Counted from the first letter of the stretch, positions 26,077-38,329 are shown. The stretch is DNA of 64,000 nucleotides from Nemertoderma westbladi (GCA_032718475.1 JAUCBJ010006272.1:1-64000); one strand, 5' to 3'. A program made the numbers and translations. The notes: generated by a model from the letters alone, not told the origin.

Positions 26077-26541
26077 ATGCCAACTACACACATATGCCAA
26101 CTACACACATATGCCAACTACACACATGTGCCAACTACACACACATGCCAACTACACATGCCAACTACACACACATGCCAACTACACACACATATGCCAA
26201 CTACAACCATATGCCAACTACACACACGTGCCAACTACACACACATGCCAACTACACACACATGCCAACTACACACACATATGCCAACTACACACACATA
26301 TGCCAACTACACACACGTGCCAACTACACACACATATGCCAACTACACACACGTGCCAACTACACACATGTGCCAACTACACACACATGCCAACTACACA
26401 CACATGCCAACTACACACACGTGCCAACTACACACATGTGCCAACTACACACACATGCCAACTACACACACATGCCAACTACACACACATAAAAAATCAG
26501 ATTTTATGTGTAAGGTTGACTGGCACTTGTGGGCTTCCGTA
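26077..26541 (-). repeat. Right TIR with a longer 17-bp (catgccaactacacaca) array
   Basis: Inverted relative to 22744-23065. Confidence 0.9.
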
Positions 26542-27746
26542 GCAATCAGTACGTTCCGATCCCGATTTGCATATTGTCTGTGTATATAAGGACCTGTTTT
26601 CTCACTTTTCTTACCTTCTTGCAACTTCACCCTCTGCTTGCGGAAGAAGCTTCCGACTTTTACAGCAGTAAAGTTTTTATTTTTTTAGCGGCCTTTTTAT
26701 CTGTAAATAGTATTTCTGTATTTTCTGCATTTTCTGTAATATCTTTTAACTTTTAACTGAATATAACGATATAATATGTAGTTCCGGCAGATCTCATCGA
26801 TTTCAACCTTTGTTTTCTTCTCTACTCCCCAGCCCATACAGTCCCCTTCATCACACGCCAATAAGCCAATAATCTCACTTGTTAAGACCCGACGGAACAG
26901 ACGCAGTCTTCCCCAGTCTCTCTCTCTTCAACTCTGCGCCGTTCCGCACACGCATGCGCATTATACAGTTGGTGATTAGTTAATTAATTACAATTGGTGG
27001 TCAATGCTACATATAAATTTCAGCTTTCTTATTTCAAGTAGTAGAAAATAGGACTAGTGCATTTTGAAAGTTGAAAGTTGAAATTAGACAGTTAATGTAT
27101 TAACGTCTCCATATAGGAGACGTGTTCTAGAATGTGTTCTATCTATTGGTTGAAAGTTGTGAGTTGAAAGCTTTTGTATGACGCGGTCCTAGAGGTGCCA
27201 CTTTCCCGTGCCGGGAATCATGGGGTATAATTAAGGATATCTGGATGGCACTTGTACCAGAATGGTGGTGTGAATCTCTTACACACATACCATGCAAGAA
27301 TTAAGTTTATCTATAATCTAGAGGTGATCTACTTCACATGCCTGACATTGTGCCATTACTAATATATAATGATATTTAATGATGTCCGATATGACCTGTG
27401 ACCATATGGCCCATGCAATTAGTGTTTGGCGGCCAGCATCAATTCCCAGTAAAGGGTGTATAAATGTCGTACTGGTTGGTGTTCTCCTAAGCAAGACATT
27501 TTAAATGTTAGTGTTATTAGGCATTATGAGAAACTTAATAGTTTCAGATAGGAGCCTTCTGATTGCATCTCCTGTTTCATTTTTCATCTTCATCGGTATA
27601 TTTATGTTATTGATATGTTTCCAGCTCACTATTTCAATCGCTGTACTGTATGGAACAGTACGACCATTTTACTGATAATTAACTCTTATCACCGATTTCT
27701 AATTATTAAAGTTACCAGTAATATAATAACAAAATATCAAACTTAC

Positions 27747-27861
27747 TCATTTCCAACATGGGAGCATCCCCCATAGATTCACTGGGAGATGGTATCGATT
27801 CGTCGCTCGCCATCGACTCATTGGGGGAAAATGAGGCTTTTGGTTCTTCAGAAGAGCTCAC
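27747..27861 (-). CDS. Synaptotagmin-like gene A, exon 2 (Ser/Pro/acidic linker VSSSEEPK...MLEM)
   Basis: ttgcag|GTG...ATGA|gtaagt; phase 0 to 1, paralogous to 35633-35744; not in the ORF track. Confidence 0.8.
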
Positions 27862-28779
27862 CTGCAATTCAATTATAACCGGTACTGTATTATTTTTTTT
27901 TCAGTTATCTAAGAAGAAGTTTTGATTAGAACAACAAAGTTACCAATAGTAACTGTTTGAGGTAAATCTGCGATTCAATTAAATCTGTATAATAAATGGA
28001 ACACTTAAGTCCAAATGCACACATGAGCTTTCATCTTTCATCTTTCACTTTTTATATTTTAGAAAACACTGCCGTCTATGGATGTATTAACACAAGGTCT
28101 TTCATATCAACTTTCATCTTTCAAATTGCGTGTGATATGTTCAATTTTTTTGAAAGATGTTATGGATTTCCATATGGTTATATAAAATTTGTATGTTGGC
28201 GGATTCAATCCGCTACGAGCCAAGACTTCAATACCGCCCAGTACTTAGAAATCGATGAACAACAGCAATACAGCCAGCCATCAATACAAGAAGCAAGAAA
28301 CACCGCGACGAGAGAAACATAACTGTAGCAGTTCCTTAGAGCCCATTTTAGAGGCCATATCCATTTCGATTAAATTTCATTTTCTGTTGACGTTTTTCAC
28401 TGTTTATCCCCCAACGATGTGGCCCCAACAACATAGTCAAATTCAAATGGCAGCAAGATAGGAACGCTGTTTTCGACAATATTAAGTACCTTCCTAAAGG
28501 TATAAGTGTATTAGACTACGATTACGATTAGTGTATATGACCTACGGAAATCCGATGTAATCACCACTGCTTCCTCGCGCAGCGGAAAGGTTAGGGTCCA
28601 ACTTGACGGTAGTTGACGATACAAAACCATAAACACGTTCGAGGATAACATCTTCACTACTTGGCTGAATGAAACCACCAAACTTAATGATACCGCGAAG
28701 CTAAAATGAAATCAGAACATGTCTTGGTCTCAATCCTGCAACCAAGTTATCCGGTGACAGAGATCCTCCAGAAGATTCG

Positions 28780-29120
28780 GCGTCGGATCTACCTAACACA
28801 ACTGACACTGTTTGCCGATGAAACAACTCTCCATTCTGCACAATTCTCACCTTTCTACCTACACTCATCAACCAAACTAATCTTGAACTAGCTAAACTTT
28901 CCGAATGGCTAACTGACAATTGCTTATCACTTAATTTGGAAAAAAAAGAATACACAATGTTCTCCAATACGCATCAACACACCCCGGGTCACATACTATG
29001 GCACTTCAACCAAATAGACAAATTATTCAAAATTTATCGGCATCCTTGTAGATAACAAACCAACATGGAAAATTCAACTTAACCACATAATTAAGAAAAA
29101 ATACTCAATACGGTGCCCTA
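28780..29120 (+). mobile_element. Decayed CR1/L2-type LINE RT fragment
   Basis: TLFADETTL and ELAKLSEWLTDNCLSLNLEK across frameshifts. Confidence 0.6.
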
Positions 29121-29369
29121 TTTATGTAAGATGTATCTAATAAGGTAATACCACCATTCGTCCACCAACCTCCACTATGTTTACTAAACTACTGAACTAT
29201 CTCACACGTCTAGCTACAGTACCATTTATTACACACACGTCTAACTACAGTACCATTTATTACACACACGTCTAGTTATCATTTATTGTATAATATGTGC
29301 AATGGGAATATCGGATTACCAAATTAAAATTAAACTTAATTTTAACATATAATGCCTTAAATTTACATC

Positions 29370-29500
29370 CTGACACCAGCCAGCGGTCGTGGGTTCGAGA
29401 CCCGCTCCTGGTGAAGTTTAGTTTCTCTATGAATGATTTAAAGGGACTAAATAAATTGGGACTAGCCACCTTGCATCCTTAAATGGTTGCTAAATGATTA
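29370..29500 (+). mobile_element. Possible tRNA-derived SINE fragment
   Basis: B-box/T-arm gtgggttcgagacccgc at about 29389-29405; no A-box or full cloverleaf seen. Confidence 0.35.
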
Positions 29501-29954
29501 GCCTACCACTGTACTAGAATGTGACAGAATTCCTTCACAATATAATTTCCCAATTTAATTTCCCAATTTCTACAATTTCATCAGAAACATTTTAATTCGT
29601 TTCAAAATATCGCATTTAATGTAAATTACATGTATTGATCCTAACAATCGATGATAATTTAATAAATACTGTACAATAATGCACATCCATATAAAATATG
29701 TTTTGTTTCTTAAAATTAAAATTATTCTACAAACAAATTAAATATGCTATTTTTTTTTTATAGTAAATATATTATCTGACATACTATAATTTTGATTAAA
29801 TATTTTGATTTATTTAATATCAATAATTAAAAAAAGTCAATCAGTTGTTTTCCATTATTACTAAATATATTTTTTAAAATATTAATTAAATATTTTTCAT
29901 ATTATTAAATATATATTATTTATATTACTTATTCCCTATTGACAGTTTGTTTAA

Positions 29955-30727
29955 GGGGGGGTAGCACCCCCTATTTTGAAAATTGACAAAAAACTTTTTT
30001 TTCTATCATGTGATGAATTTAATGGAGATTTCAAATCTGCAAGCAGTTTTCTCATATCTTTTCTCAAACTCAAGGTATTACCCTAAACGTTGTTTTACTA
30101 GTTTTCTGTTTAGCAAGAATGAAAAATTTCGTTGAATTTCATCCATTTTTGACAAAGTTATTGTTGAACATAGAAAAATTGTATTATCTAAAATAGCGGG
30201 AAGGTTTGAATTGTTCCTTAAACTTTAAACACCCATATCTTAGAATGAAATTTTTTTTTATGAAAAAGGTTTTTTATTTCTCCGTCAATTTTAACTCTAA
30301 TGAGTTGAAATTTGGTACTCTGTTAAGAATACCTTTCTCCATACTTCTTCTGTACAAAATTGGTTGGAAATGCCATGAAGTCTTTTTATATCAAAAAGGC
30401 CTAAAAAAGCCCTTTTTTGGGCCCTTTTGTTCAGAACATTTGTTCAGAACAGAACAATTGGATGCAGGGTTCTTCTGAACTTATATTCCAAATTTCGACA
30501 AATTTGAACAAATATTGGCGGCAAAATAGCCCTTGGCGCAAAAAGTCACTGTTGGCCATTACGGAGCCATTTTGGGGCCAATTTTAAAAATATTTGGTTT
30601 GGTTATTCTTACGTTATTCGTTATTACGGTTATTCTTATGTTTAGTAGCACAACAAATAATTTTCACCAAACTTTAGGGTCCACATACTCAAAAATGTGA
30701 GATTCAATTTGGGGGTGCTACCCCCTC
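29955..30727. mobile_element. Kolobok-like non-autonomous element (MITE)
   Basis: TTAA|GGGGGGGTAGCACCCCC ... GGGGGTGCTACCCCCTC|TTAA; body similar to 49750-50645. Confidence 0.75.
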
Positions 30728-30879
30728 TTAAGAAGTTTTTATCAAAATTTAATAGACGATTGATCGATCAGCCTGCTTCGTTTATGGGTCTGCCGTTTAT
30801 GTGTCATGTGATAATTTTATTTATTATATTTATACAAAGTACACAGTAATTCTACCCTACTAGTCATTTTGCAACTAAC

Positions 30880-31746
30880 CTCGTAACCGTCCAACAACAG
30901 AAGTTGACTGGATCGGAATTCCGAGTTGGACCCCTGCGGTGGGCTGCTGATTCCATTATTAGTGGCGACCGCATCGGTCCCGTCTGGATCCCGATGATCT
31001 AGAACATCGGGATACATTGGGACAATCTCACCGCGGTCTCCTATAGCCCCGGCCAATCCCGATTGAGGAGGCTGTACCATCTCGGGTTCAGGTTGGTTGC
31101 TAAGCAATGAAGTGGCGTCAGTTTGAGTGATTTGGGAACCGACAACGGCAGTGCTTTTCGCGAAACCGTAAGTGACAGTTTCGCTTCGTGTGCCCTTTAT
31201 TCCAGGTTGTGACGTGAACGAATCTCGCTTTATATCCTTATCTTTCTTAGGTTTAGAAGGCGTGACGTCATCCAGGAAGGACTGTTTCGCTTTCGATTTG
31301 GCAAATATGACGTCATCATCAAATAGAGATTTTTTCTCTTTTTTTCTTTTCCGTCGTAGTGAGTAGACACTTTGAGCGGCGAGTATTATAAGAAACAGTA
31401 GAATTATTCCTATTGTTATTCCCAAGTAGAATGTATAGGTGTGTGTAGCTTCCTTTAGTACCGATAGTATGTATTCTAGTGTGCCGATCGGTTCCGTTAC
31501 GGTATCGGAATCCCATGTAGAATTGTAGTTACTAACATTTTCACTTAAATTTGAATTCAAATAAATGTTTCCAACTGTATAGTTTTGTGTTTGGTTAGCT
31601 ATCATCTCCTCCCCAGGTGTTGATTGAGATGTAACCACAGTCTCATCATCCTGTCGTGTCTCAAACACATTATCCCACCGTTCTTCAAACTCATCGTTTA
31701 CGATCCTTCGGATAATTTCTTGACTGTCTTTCCTGATTTGTCTCAT
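30880..31746 (-). CDS. Synaptotagmin-like gene A, first coding exon (N-glycosylated luminal part, TM, basic stop-transfer, linker)
   Basis: TM TFYLGITIGIILLFLIILAA followed by RRKRKK; phase-0 donor GAG|gttagt after 30880. Confidence 0.85.
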
Positions 31747-32709
31747 TGATTAGGCGTAACTTAACATCTAAAGTTAGATTTAATTCAGATTCAATAAATT
31801 TATTATCGCGTTTCAACAATAGACCGTATTAAAATGCTATTTAAATATAAACTCCTTCAACATTACGGAATAATAGGTTTTTTTAAATATGTTTGGTCAC
31901 AAGAATTACCGGTAGTGGTGGTTAAACGTTGTTCTTTGCGTTCAGCAATACTGTAGAGTTGAAGGTAATAATTATTAGAGTAAACCAATATTGATAGATC
32001 CATAGTTAGTGTGAAAAATCATAAACAGTCACCATAGCACTGGGATATAATCACCCTAGCTAAGATGTGTGCCAGGTTTGTATTCTCAATTAGTAAAAGA
32101 GACAAGTGCCAAATAGATGTTTAGTTCTTATTCATGATTACCTATACTGAATTGGCTACCACATTCTAAGCCAAGTTATAAACAATAACCTATATGGTCA
32201 CTACAGTTGTATTTTGCAGGATTATCTCTGACGGTATTCCCTTCTACATCAAAGAAGTCATAGAACCGATGATTCTATATATATATACATCAACATGAAC
32301 GCGGGGGTGGTTGCTAAGCATCATATGTAAACTTAGGATTGTACATCAAAGAAGTCATAGAGCCGATGATTCTATATATATATACATAAACATGAATGCG
32401 GGGGTGGTTGCTAAGCATCATGTGTAAACTTAAAATTGTACATTCTAACTAACCTCTGTTCCTCAAGACTAACATTTTAATTTCTATGTCTATTATCACT
32501 TATAACATTAACATTACTTTATTATATATATATACTTAGTTATATTGTACAAACCATCGACAAGGACTAAAAATTTTAATCTTTTTTTCATTCTCTCTAA
32601 ATTTTAATCTTTTTTTCATTCTCTCTAAATTTTAATATTTTTTTCATTCTCTCTAAAATTTAATCTATTTCATCTCTTTAAGATAAAGGACTATATTATC
32701 ATTTAATAT
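31747..32709. promoter_or_regulatory. Putative shared bidirectional upstream region of the two synaptotagmin-like genes
   Basis: Lies between divergent ATGs; about 97-bp direct duplication (32245-32440), each copy with GTTGCTAAGCATC; three roughly 29-bp pyrimidine repeats (32570-32670). Confidence 0.45.
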
Positions 32710-33588
32710 ATGGTCAAAATGAAAAAATCGTTGCTTTCTAGAAAACAGTGGAACAACTCCCGAGAAATATTTCGACGTATAGTGAATGATGTATTGGAAA
32801 ATTCGCTAGAGACTCGCCAAGATGCTTCTGATTCTTTGTCGACCTCTTCCAGTGTAGATCATCTAGCTATTCAAAAACAAAAATCTACTACTGCGAACAA
32901 TTTCATCGATTTCAGTTTGAATGGAAATATTAGCTATACAAATTCTACATGGGATCCCGATACCGTAACGGAACCGATCGGCACACTAGAATACATACTA
33001 TCGGTACTAAAGGAAGCTACACACACCTATACATTCTACTTGGGATTAACGATTGGAATAATTCTACTGTTTCTTATAATACTCGCCGCACAAAGTGTCT
33101 ACTCACTACGACGGAAAAGAAAAAAAGGGAAAAAATCTATATTTGATGATGACGTCATATTTGCTAAATCTAAAGTGAAACAGTCCTTCCTGGATGACAT
33201 CACGCCTTCTAAGCCTAAGAAAGAATCCTTGGGTACCAAGCGAGATTCTGTGACGTCAGAACCCAGAAAAAAGGGAACAAAAAGTGAATCTGTGACTTTT
33301 GGTTTCGCAAAAAGCACTGCCGCTGTCGGTTCCAAAATCACTCAAACTGAAGCCACGCCGTTGCTTAGCAGCCAACCTGAACCCGAGATGGTACAGCCGC
33401 CTCAATCGGGATTGGCCGGGGCTATAGGAGACCGCGGTGAGATTGTCCCAATGTATCCCGATGTTGTAGATACTCGGGATCCAGACGGGACCGATGCATC
33501 TGGTGGATCTGGTATTCCATCACCACCTGCTTCAACTTCGGGGTCCCGGTTTAGATCCACTCAATTGTTACTCTCAGACGATTCATAT
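32710..33588 (+). CDS. Synaptotagmin-like gene B, first coding exon
   Basis: Paralogous to 30880-31746; phase-0 donor TAT|gtaagt at 33589. Confidence 0.85.
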
Positions 33589-35331
33589 GTAAGTAACTTA
33601 TGTACGTAACTTAGATATGTAAGTAACTTAGATATATAAGTAACTTAGATTTGTAAGTAACTTAGATATGTAAGTAACTTAGATATGTAAGTAACTTAGA
33701 TATGTAAGTAACTTAGATATGTACGTAACTTAGATATGTAAGTAACTTAGATATGTAAGTAACTTAGATTTGTAAGTAACTTAGATATGTAAGTAACTTA
33801 GATATGTAAGTAACTTAGATATGTAAGTAACTTAGATATGTAAGTAACTTATGTACGTAACTTAGATATGTAAGTAACTTAGATATGTAAGTAACTTAGA
33901 TATGTAAGTAACTTAGATATGTAAGTAACTTAGATATGTAAGTAACTTAGATATGTAAGTAACTTAGATATGTAAGTAACTTAGATATGTAAGTAACTTA
34001 GATATGTAAGTAACTTAGATATGTAAGTAACTTAGATATGTAAGTAACTTAGATATGTAAGTAACTTAGATATGTAAGTAACTTAGATATGTAAGTAACT
34101 TATGTACGTAACTTACATATGTAAGTAACTTATGTACGTAACTTACATATGTAAGTAACTTAGATATGTAAGTAACTTATGTACGTAACTTACATATGTA
34201 AGTAACTTATGTACGTAACTTAGATATGTAAGTAACTTAGATATGTAAGTAACTTAGATATGTAAGTAACTTAGATATGTAAGTAACTTAGATATGTAAG
34301 TAACTTAGATATTTAAGTAACTTAGATATGTAAGTAACTTAGATATGTAAGTAACTTAGATATGTAAGTAACTTAGATATGTAAGTAACTTAGATATGTA
34401 AGTAACTTAGATATGTAAGTAACTTAGATATGTAAGTAACTTAGATATGTAAGTAACTTAGATATGTAAGTAACTTAGATATGTAAGTAACTTAGATATG
34501 TAAGTAACTTAGATATGTAAGTAACTTAGATATGTAAGTAACTTAGATATGTAAGTAACTTAGATATGTAAGTAAATTAGATATGTAAGTAACTTAGATA
34601 TGTAAGTAACTTAGATATGTAAGTAACTTAGATATGTAAGTAACTTAGATATGTAAGTAACTTATGTACGTAACTTACATATGTACGTAACTTACATATG
34701 TAAGTAACTTATGTACGTAACTTACATATGTACGTAACTTACATATGTAAGTAACTTAGATATGTAAGTAACTTAGATATGAAAGTAACTTAGATATGTA
34801 AGTAACTTAGATATGTAAGTAACTTAGATATGTAAGTAACTTAGATATGTAAGTAACTTAGATATGTAAGTAACTTAGATATGTAAGTAACTTAGATATG
34901 TAAGTAACTTAGATATTTAAGTAACTTAGATATGTAAGTAACTTAGATATGTAAGTAACTTATGTACGTAACTTACATATGTACGTAACTTACATATGTA
35001 AGTAACTTAGATATGTAAGTAACTTAGATATGTAAGTAACTTAGATATGTAAGTAACTTATGTACGTAACTTACATATGTACGTAACTTACATATGTAAG
35101 TAACTTAGATATGTAAGTAACTTAAATATGTAAGTAACTTAGATATGTAAGTAACTTAGATATGTAAGTAACTTATGTACGTAACTTACATATGTACGTA
35201 ACTTACATATGTAAGTAACTTAGATATGTAAGTAACTTAGATATGTAAGTAACTTAGATATGTAAGTAACTTAGATATGTAAGTAACTTAGATATGTAAG
35301 TAACTTAGATATGTAAGTAACTTAGATATGT
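33584..35331. repeat. 17-bp satellite (atatgtaagtaacttag), about 100 copies, starting at the exon-1 donor of gene B
   Basis: Directly visible; variants with gtacgt and ttacat. Confidence 0.95.
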
Positions 35332-35632
35332 TTCATGTGGGAAATATTTACTAGAATTATCGGTGGGAAAATATTTCCCGAGGAAACAACTTAATTACAT
35401 TATTATATTTTACCGTGTTATTTTGCCATATTATTAGTCAATTTAATGCGAAGTTAATGTCCTCTAATAGCTAGTAATGACTAGTTAGAACTAAAATTAA
35501 AGCTTCTGGCACCCAAACATTGCAGGTAAATTATGTGAATCGGCGTTCGTTCAACAGATCAAAGGAACTTGTTTGTATTGTTGTATATGAGCTCGAATAA
35601 TAAATTAGAATAAATTATTCGATTTGTTTCAG

Positions 35633-35744
35633 ATGAGCTCCACTGATGAACCCCATTCTCCACTCGATGAGTCTTTAGCCAGCGAACCTGAGTCTCCTCC
35701 GTCTCCAACTGCCTCCGTTTCTGAAGTTGCTTTGCTCAAAATGA
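35633..35744 (+). CDS. Synaptotagmin-like gene B, exon 2 (MSSTDEPHSP...LLKM)
   Basis: tttcag|ATG...ATGA|gttagt; phase 0 to 1 as in gene A. Confidence 0.8.
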
Positions 35745-36182
35745 GTTAGTATGAATTAATTAGAAACCACTCTACCAGTTCTGGCGGAGTGGTCACGTGG
35801 TTTTATTCAGATGGTATTTCCGGCTGATAGTTATATGTGTGTTCAACTTTGGGAATCAGTGTGGCAACATCCCGTATAGGTAATAGCCAAGAGAGAGGAG
35901 ATTTCGGGTTGTCTCCGGTGTTTCGTATTTCGCGTACACCAATAATATTTTATTTATTATATATTCTAGTATTAATTTACATTTGAATAAACTGAAATAT
36001 ACACAAGAATTACAGCAACTGTGTGAAAGTTTTCCCTTAATAATTATTGAATCGATAAAAAATCACACACACTTTTCTCGCGACTTCTTTGGATCAACTG
36101 AAATGTGGAAATTTGGTTGGCAAAAATAGTTTGAAGTAAATTTACAATTGAGTGTTGTTTACAAAGTATTGAATTTCCTCAG

Positions 36183-36401
36183 ATCCCGCTCCAGGAACAT
36201 ATGTCATCCCGTCAGACTTGGACTCGCCTCTGGTCTCCGAAATTCTAGGAAATTTAACGAGAGGATTACTTCTCAACGAAAAAGAGCAATACCTACCCAA
36301 AGACTACTTGGGTACTGTACACATCGCCCTAGAGTTCAGAGAAGAACAGCTGATTATTTATATTATCGATGCTCAACAACTCAAGGCAATGGATTTCATA
36401 G
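36183..36401 (+). CDS. Synaptotagmin-like gene B, exon 3
   Basis: cctcag|AT...ATAG|gtaagt; DSPLVSEIL..YLGTVHIALEF..KAMDF. Confidence 0.9.
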
Positions 36402-37230
36402 GTAAGTTTTAAGCGAATTGAACCGCGAAGTGAACCGCCATCTTTGACGTCTATATTATTCTCCATTATTTTCAACCAGGTTCCAATAATTAACGTATAA
36501 CAAAGAACAATGACCTGACCATTCAATTTAGGAAGCAGATTAAGAGTTATCCAATTGGCATTGGGCAATTAGAAAATATAGAAATTATAATCTCACAAAA
36601 TTATTGAGCAAAGACAGTCAATATATGATATAATCTATACATTTTGCAGATGGCATTCTTTCTTTTGGGGTCCCGCTTAAGGTGAAATTGACACATTAAT
36701 TTAATTCGATAATATTTAATTATATTAATCACAATTTGAGTTACGTATTTTACGCAACAGGTTAAAAGGGCGGTCTTTCACAACCAAAACATTAAAGTGA
36801 CTTAACTTTATTAGAGATGATATTAAATTTTAACTACAACGTTAGACACCCCAATTGGCAGGCTGAAGCGGCATCCCAAATGGAAATAAGCCTAAGAAAC
36901 AACAGGATTAATATCAATTCGTCTACTACTACTACTACAATCGGCATGCTGAAATGCAGCTCGCATTAGAAATGCATCAATGAATCATTAAGAATGGCGC
37001 CACCCATAGATTTGGTGTCCTCAGCAGTCAGCGCCCAGCATCGATCAAATCGATAATATCTCGATAATATGTTATTGAAGTGAGAAAAAGCCTATTAATG
37101 ATAATATATATCACAATGCGATTCCAGAATACATTTTATTACAATACTTTACGTGCCTAACAGGATAGTATTGTATAATATGTCGTTCTTTTAGATTTTA
37201 TTTAATCTCTAAATATTTAATAATTTCAAG

Positions 37231-37431
37231 GAAAATCAAGCGATCCATATGCCCAAGTTACATTTAAACCTGAAAAGGAAATTAAAGTTCAAACAAAGAC
37301 GATAAGTAAAAACCTCAATCCAGTGTGGGATGAGAATTTCCAAGTGCCCCAGAAGGGCTACATGGTTGAACATACCAAAATGTACCTAGAGGTTTGGGAC
37401 AATGACCGTTTCCGAAGGGATAACATTATAG
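37231..37431 (+). CDS. Synaptotagmin-like gene B, exon 4 (C2A core)
   Basis: ttcaag|GA...ATAG|gttagt; GKSSDPYAQV..TKTISKNLNPVWDENF..EVWDNDRFRRDNIIG; not in the ORF track. Confidence 0.9.
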
Positions 37432-37868
37432 GTTAGTATTCAATAATTACTTCTTATACTTAGAATGAATTGTATTGTATATCGCTGTTAATGTTGCAGT
37501 TTTTAGAACAGTTACAAAATTTGCAAAACCTTTACATCATTGAAAAAGGTTCAAAATGTGGTGGGTCATGCATTACCTACCACATTATGACCTGTTATAG
37601 TAGGTCATGGGTGGGTACAATAATTATTGTTCATGAAGGAAATAATTTAAACCATATCACATGGCCACTGAATTTGTCATGGTACAGAGATATGAATGAA
37701 GTCTGGTCGACACCCTCAGCATGTTGGGCGAGACTAAATGGAAAAGTCTAATGTTAGATAGGTTAAATCCTTTCCTTATGATGTTGGTGCATCCAGATTG
37801 AATCTTTCATATTAACATTTGTAAGTATTCTGACTGCGAAGTAAGTAGTGATTCTCTTTTATATTTAG

Positions 37869-38077
37869 GAACAAGCGAATTACCGCTAGCCAAAATAAAA
37901 ATCGGCGAGAAAAATGAAGTTTGGATGGACCTCAAAAAATTTAAGCCATTCAAAAGAGGGGAAATTCTCGTTTCTCTCGCGTTTATGTCGAATCAGGAAG
38001 TATTTGTTGTCAAAATTCTTCGATGTCGAAATTTAAAAGCAATGGATTTCAGGGGAAAAAGTGATCCTTATGTGAAG
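37869..38077 (+). CDS. Synaptotagmin-like gene B, exon 5
   Basis: tttag|GA...AAG|gtaaga; RGEILVSLAF..LKAMDFRGKSDPYVK. Confidence 0.9.
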
Positions 38078-38329
38078 GTAAGATTTTGGTTGCAATTAAA
38101 GCATTAAAATTTGTTGATTACAGCCTAGGATGTTAGATCATATTTTACCAGGAAATTGTATACAATAGCAATATAATATGATATGCTTGTTTAAGGAGGT
38201 TGATTAAATATAAATACAAATTGGTTAATAAATTAAAATATAATTAATTAAAATTAATTGCATAATAAATTATTTATAATATTATGAATTAGTGTTAGAA
38301 AATTAATACAAATGTTTAATTTAATTTAG

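Larger units (their letters stand above)
22744..26541. mobile_element. IS3EU-type DNA transposon (3798 bp, internally deleted) with two convergent ORFs
   Basis: Termini TACGGAAGCCCAGAAGTGCCAGTCAACC... / ...GGTTGACTGGCACTTGTGGGCTTCCGTA; exact 6-bp TSD GCAATC (22738-22743 / 26542-26547); IS3/IS481-like integrase-core transposase. TAY..RTA ends with 6-bp TSD fit IS3EU as I recall the Repbase description. Confidence 0.8.

Noticed and set aside
22735-26589. MPTTHTCQLHTHANYTH-type ORFs at both transposon ends
   Set aside because: Translation of the 17-bp TIR arrays.
22527-26630. ORFs 26445-26630 and 22527-22730 join in frame when the transposon is removed
   Set aside because: One-in-three chance; the product has no recognisable motif and derives partly from a roughly 70-bp tandem repeat.
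29370-29410. tRNA gene
   Set aside because: Only a T-arm/B-box; no D-arm, A-box or acceptor stem.
33584-35331. CRISPR-like array (also 8955-9511)
   Set aside because: No unique spacers, no cas genes, eukaryotic intronic context.
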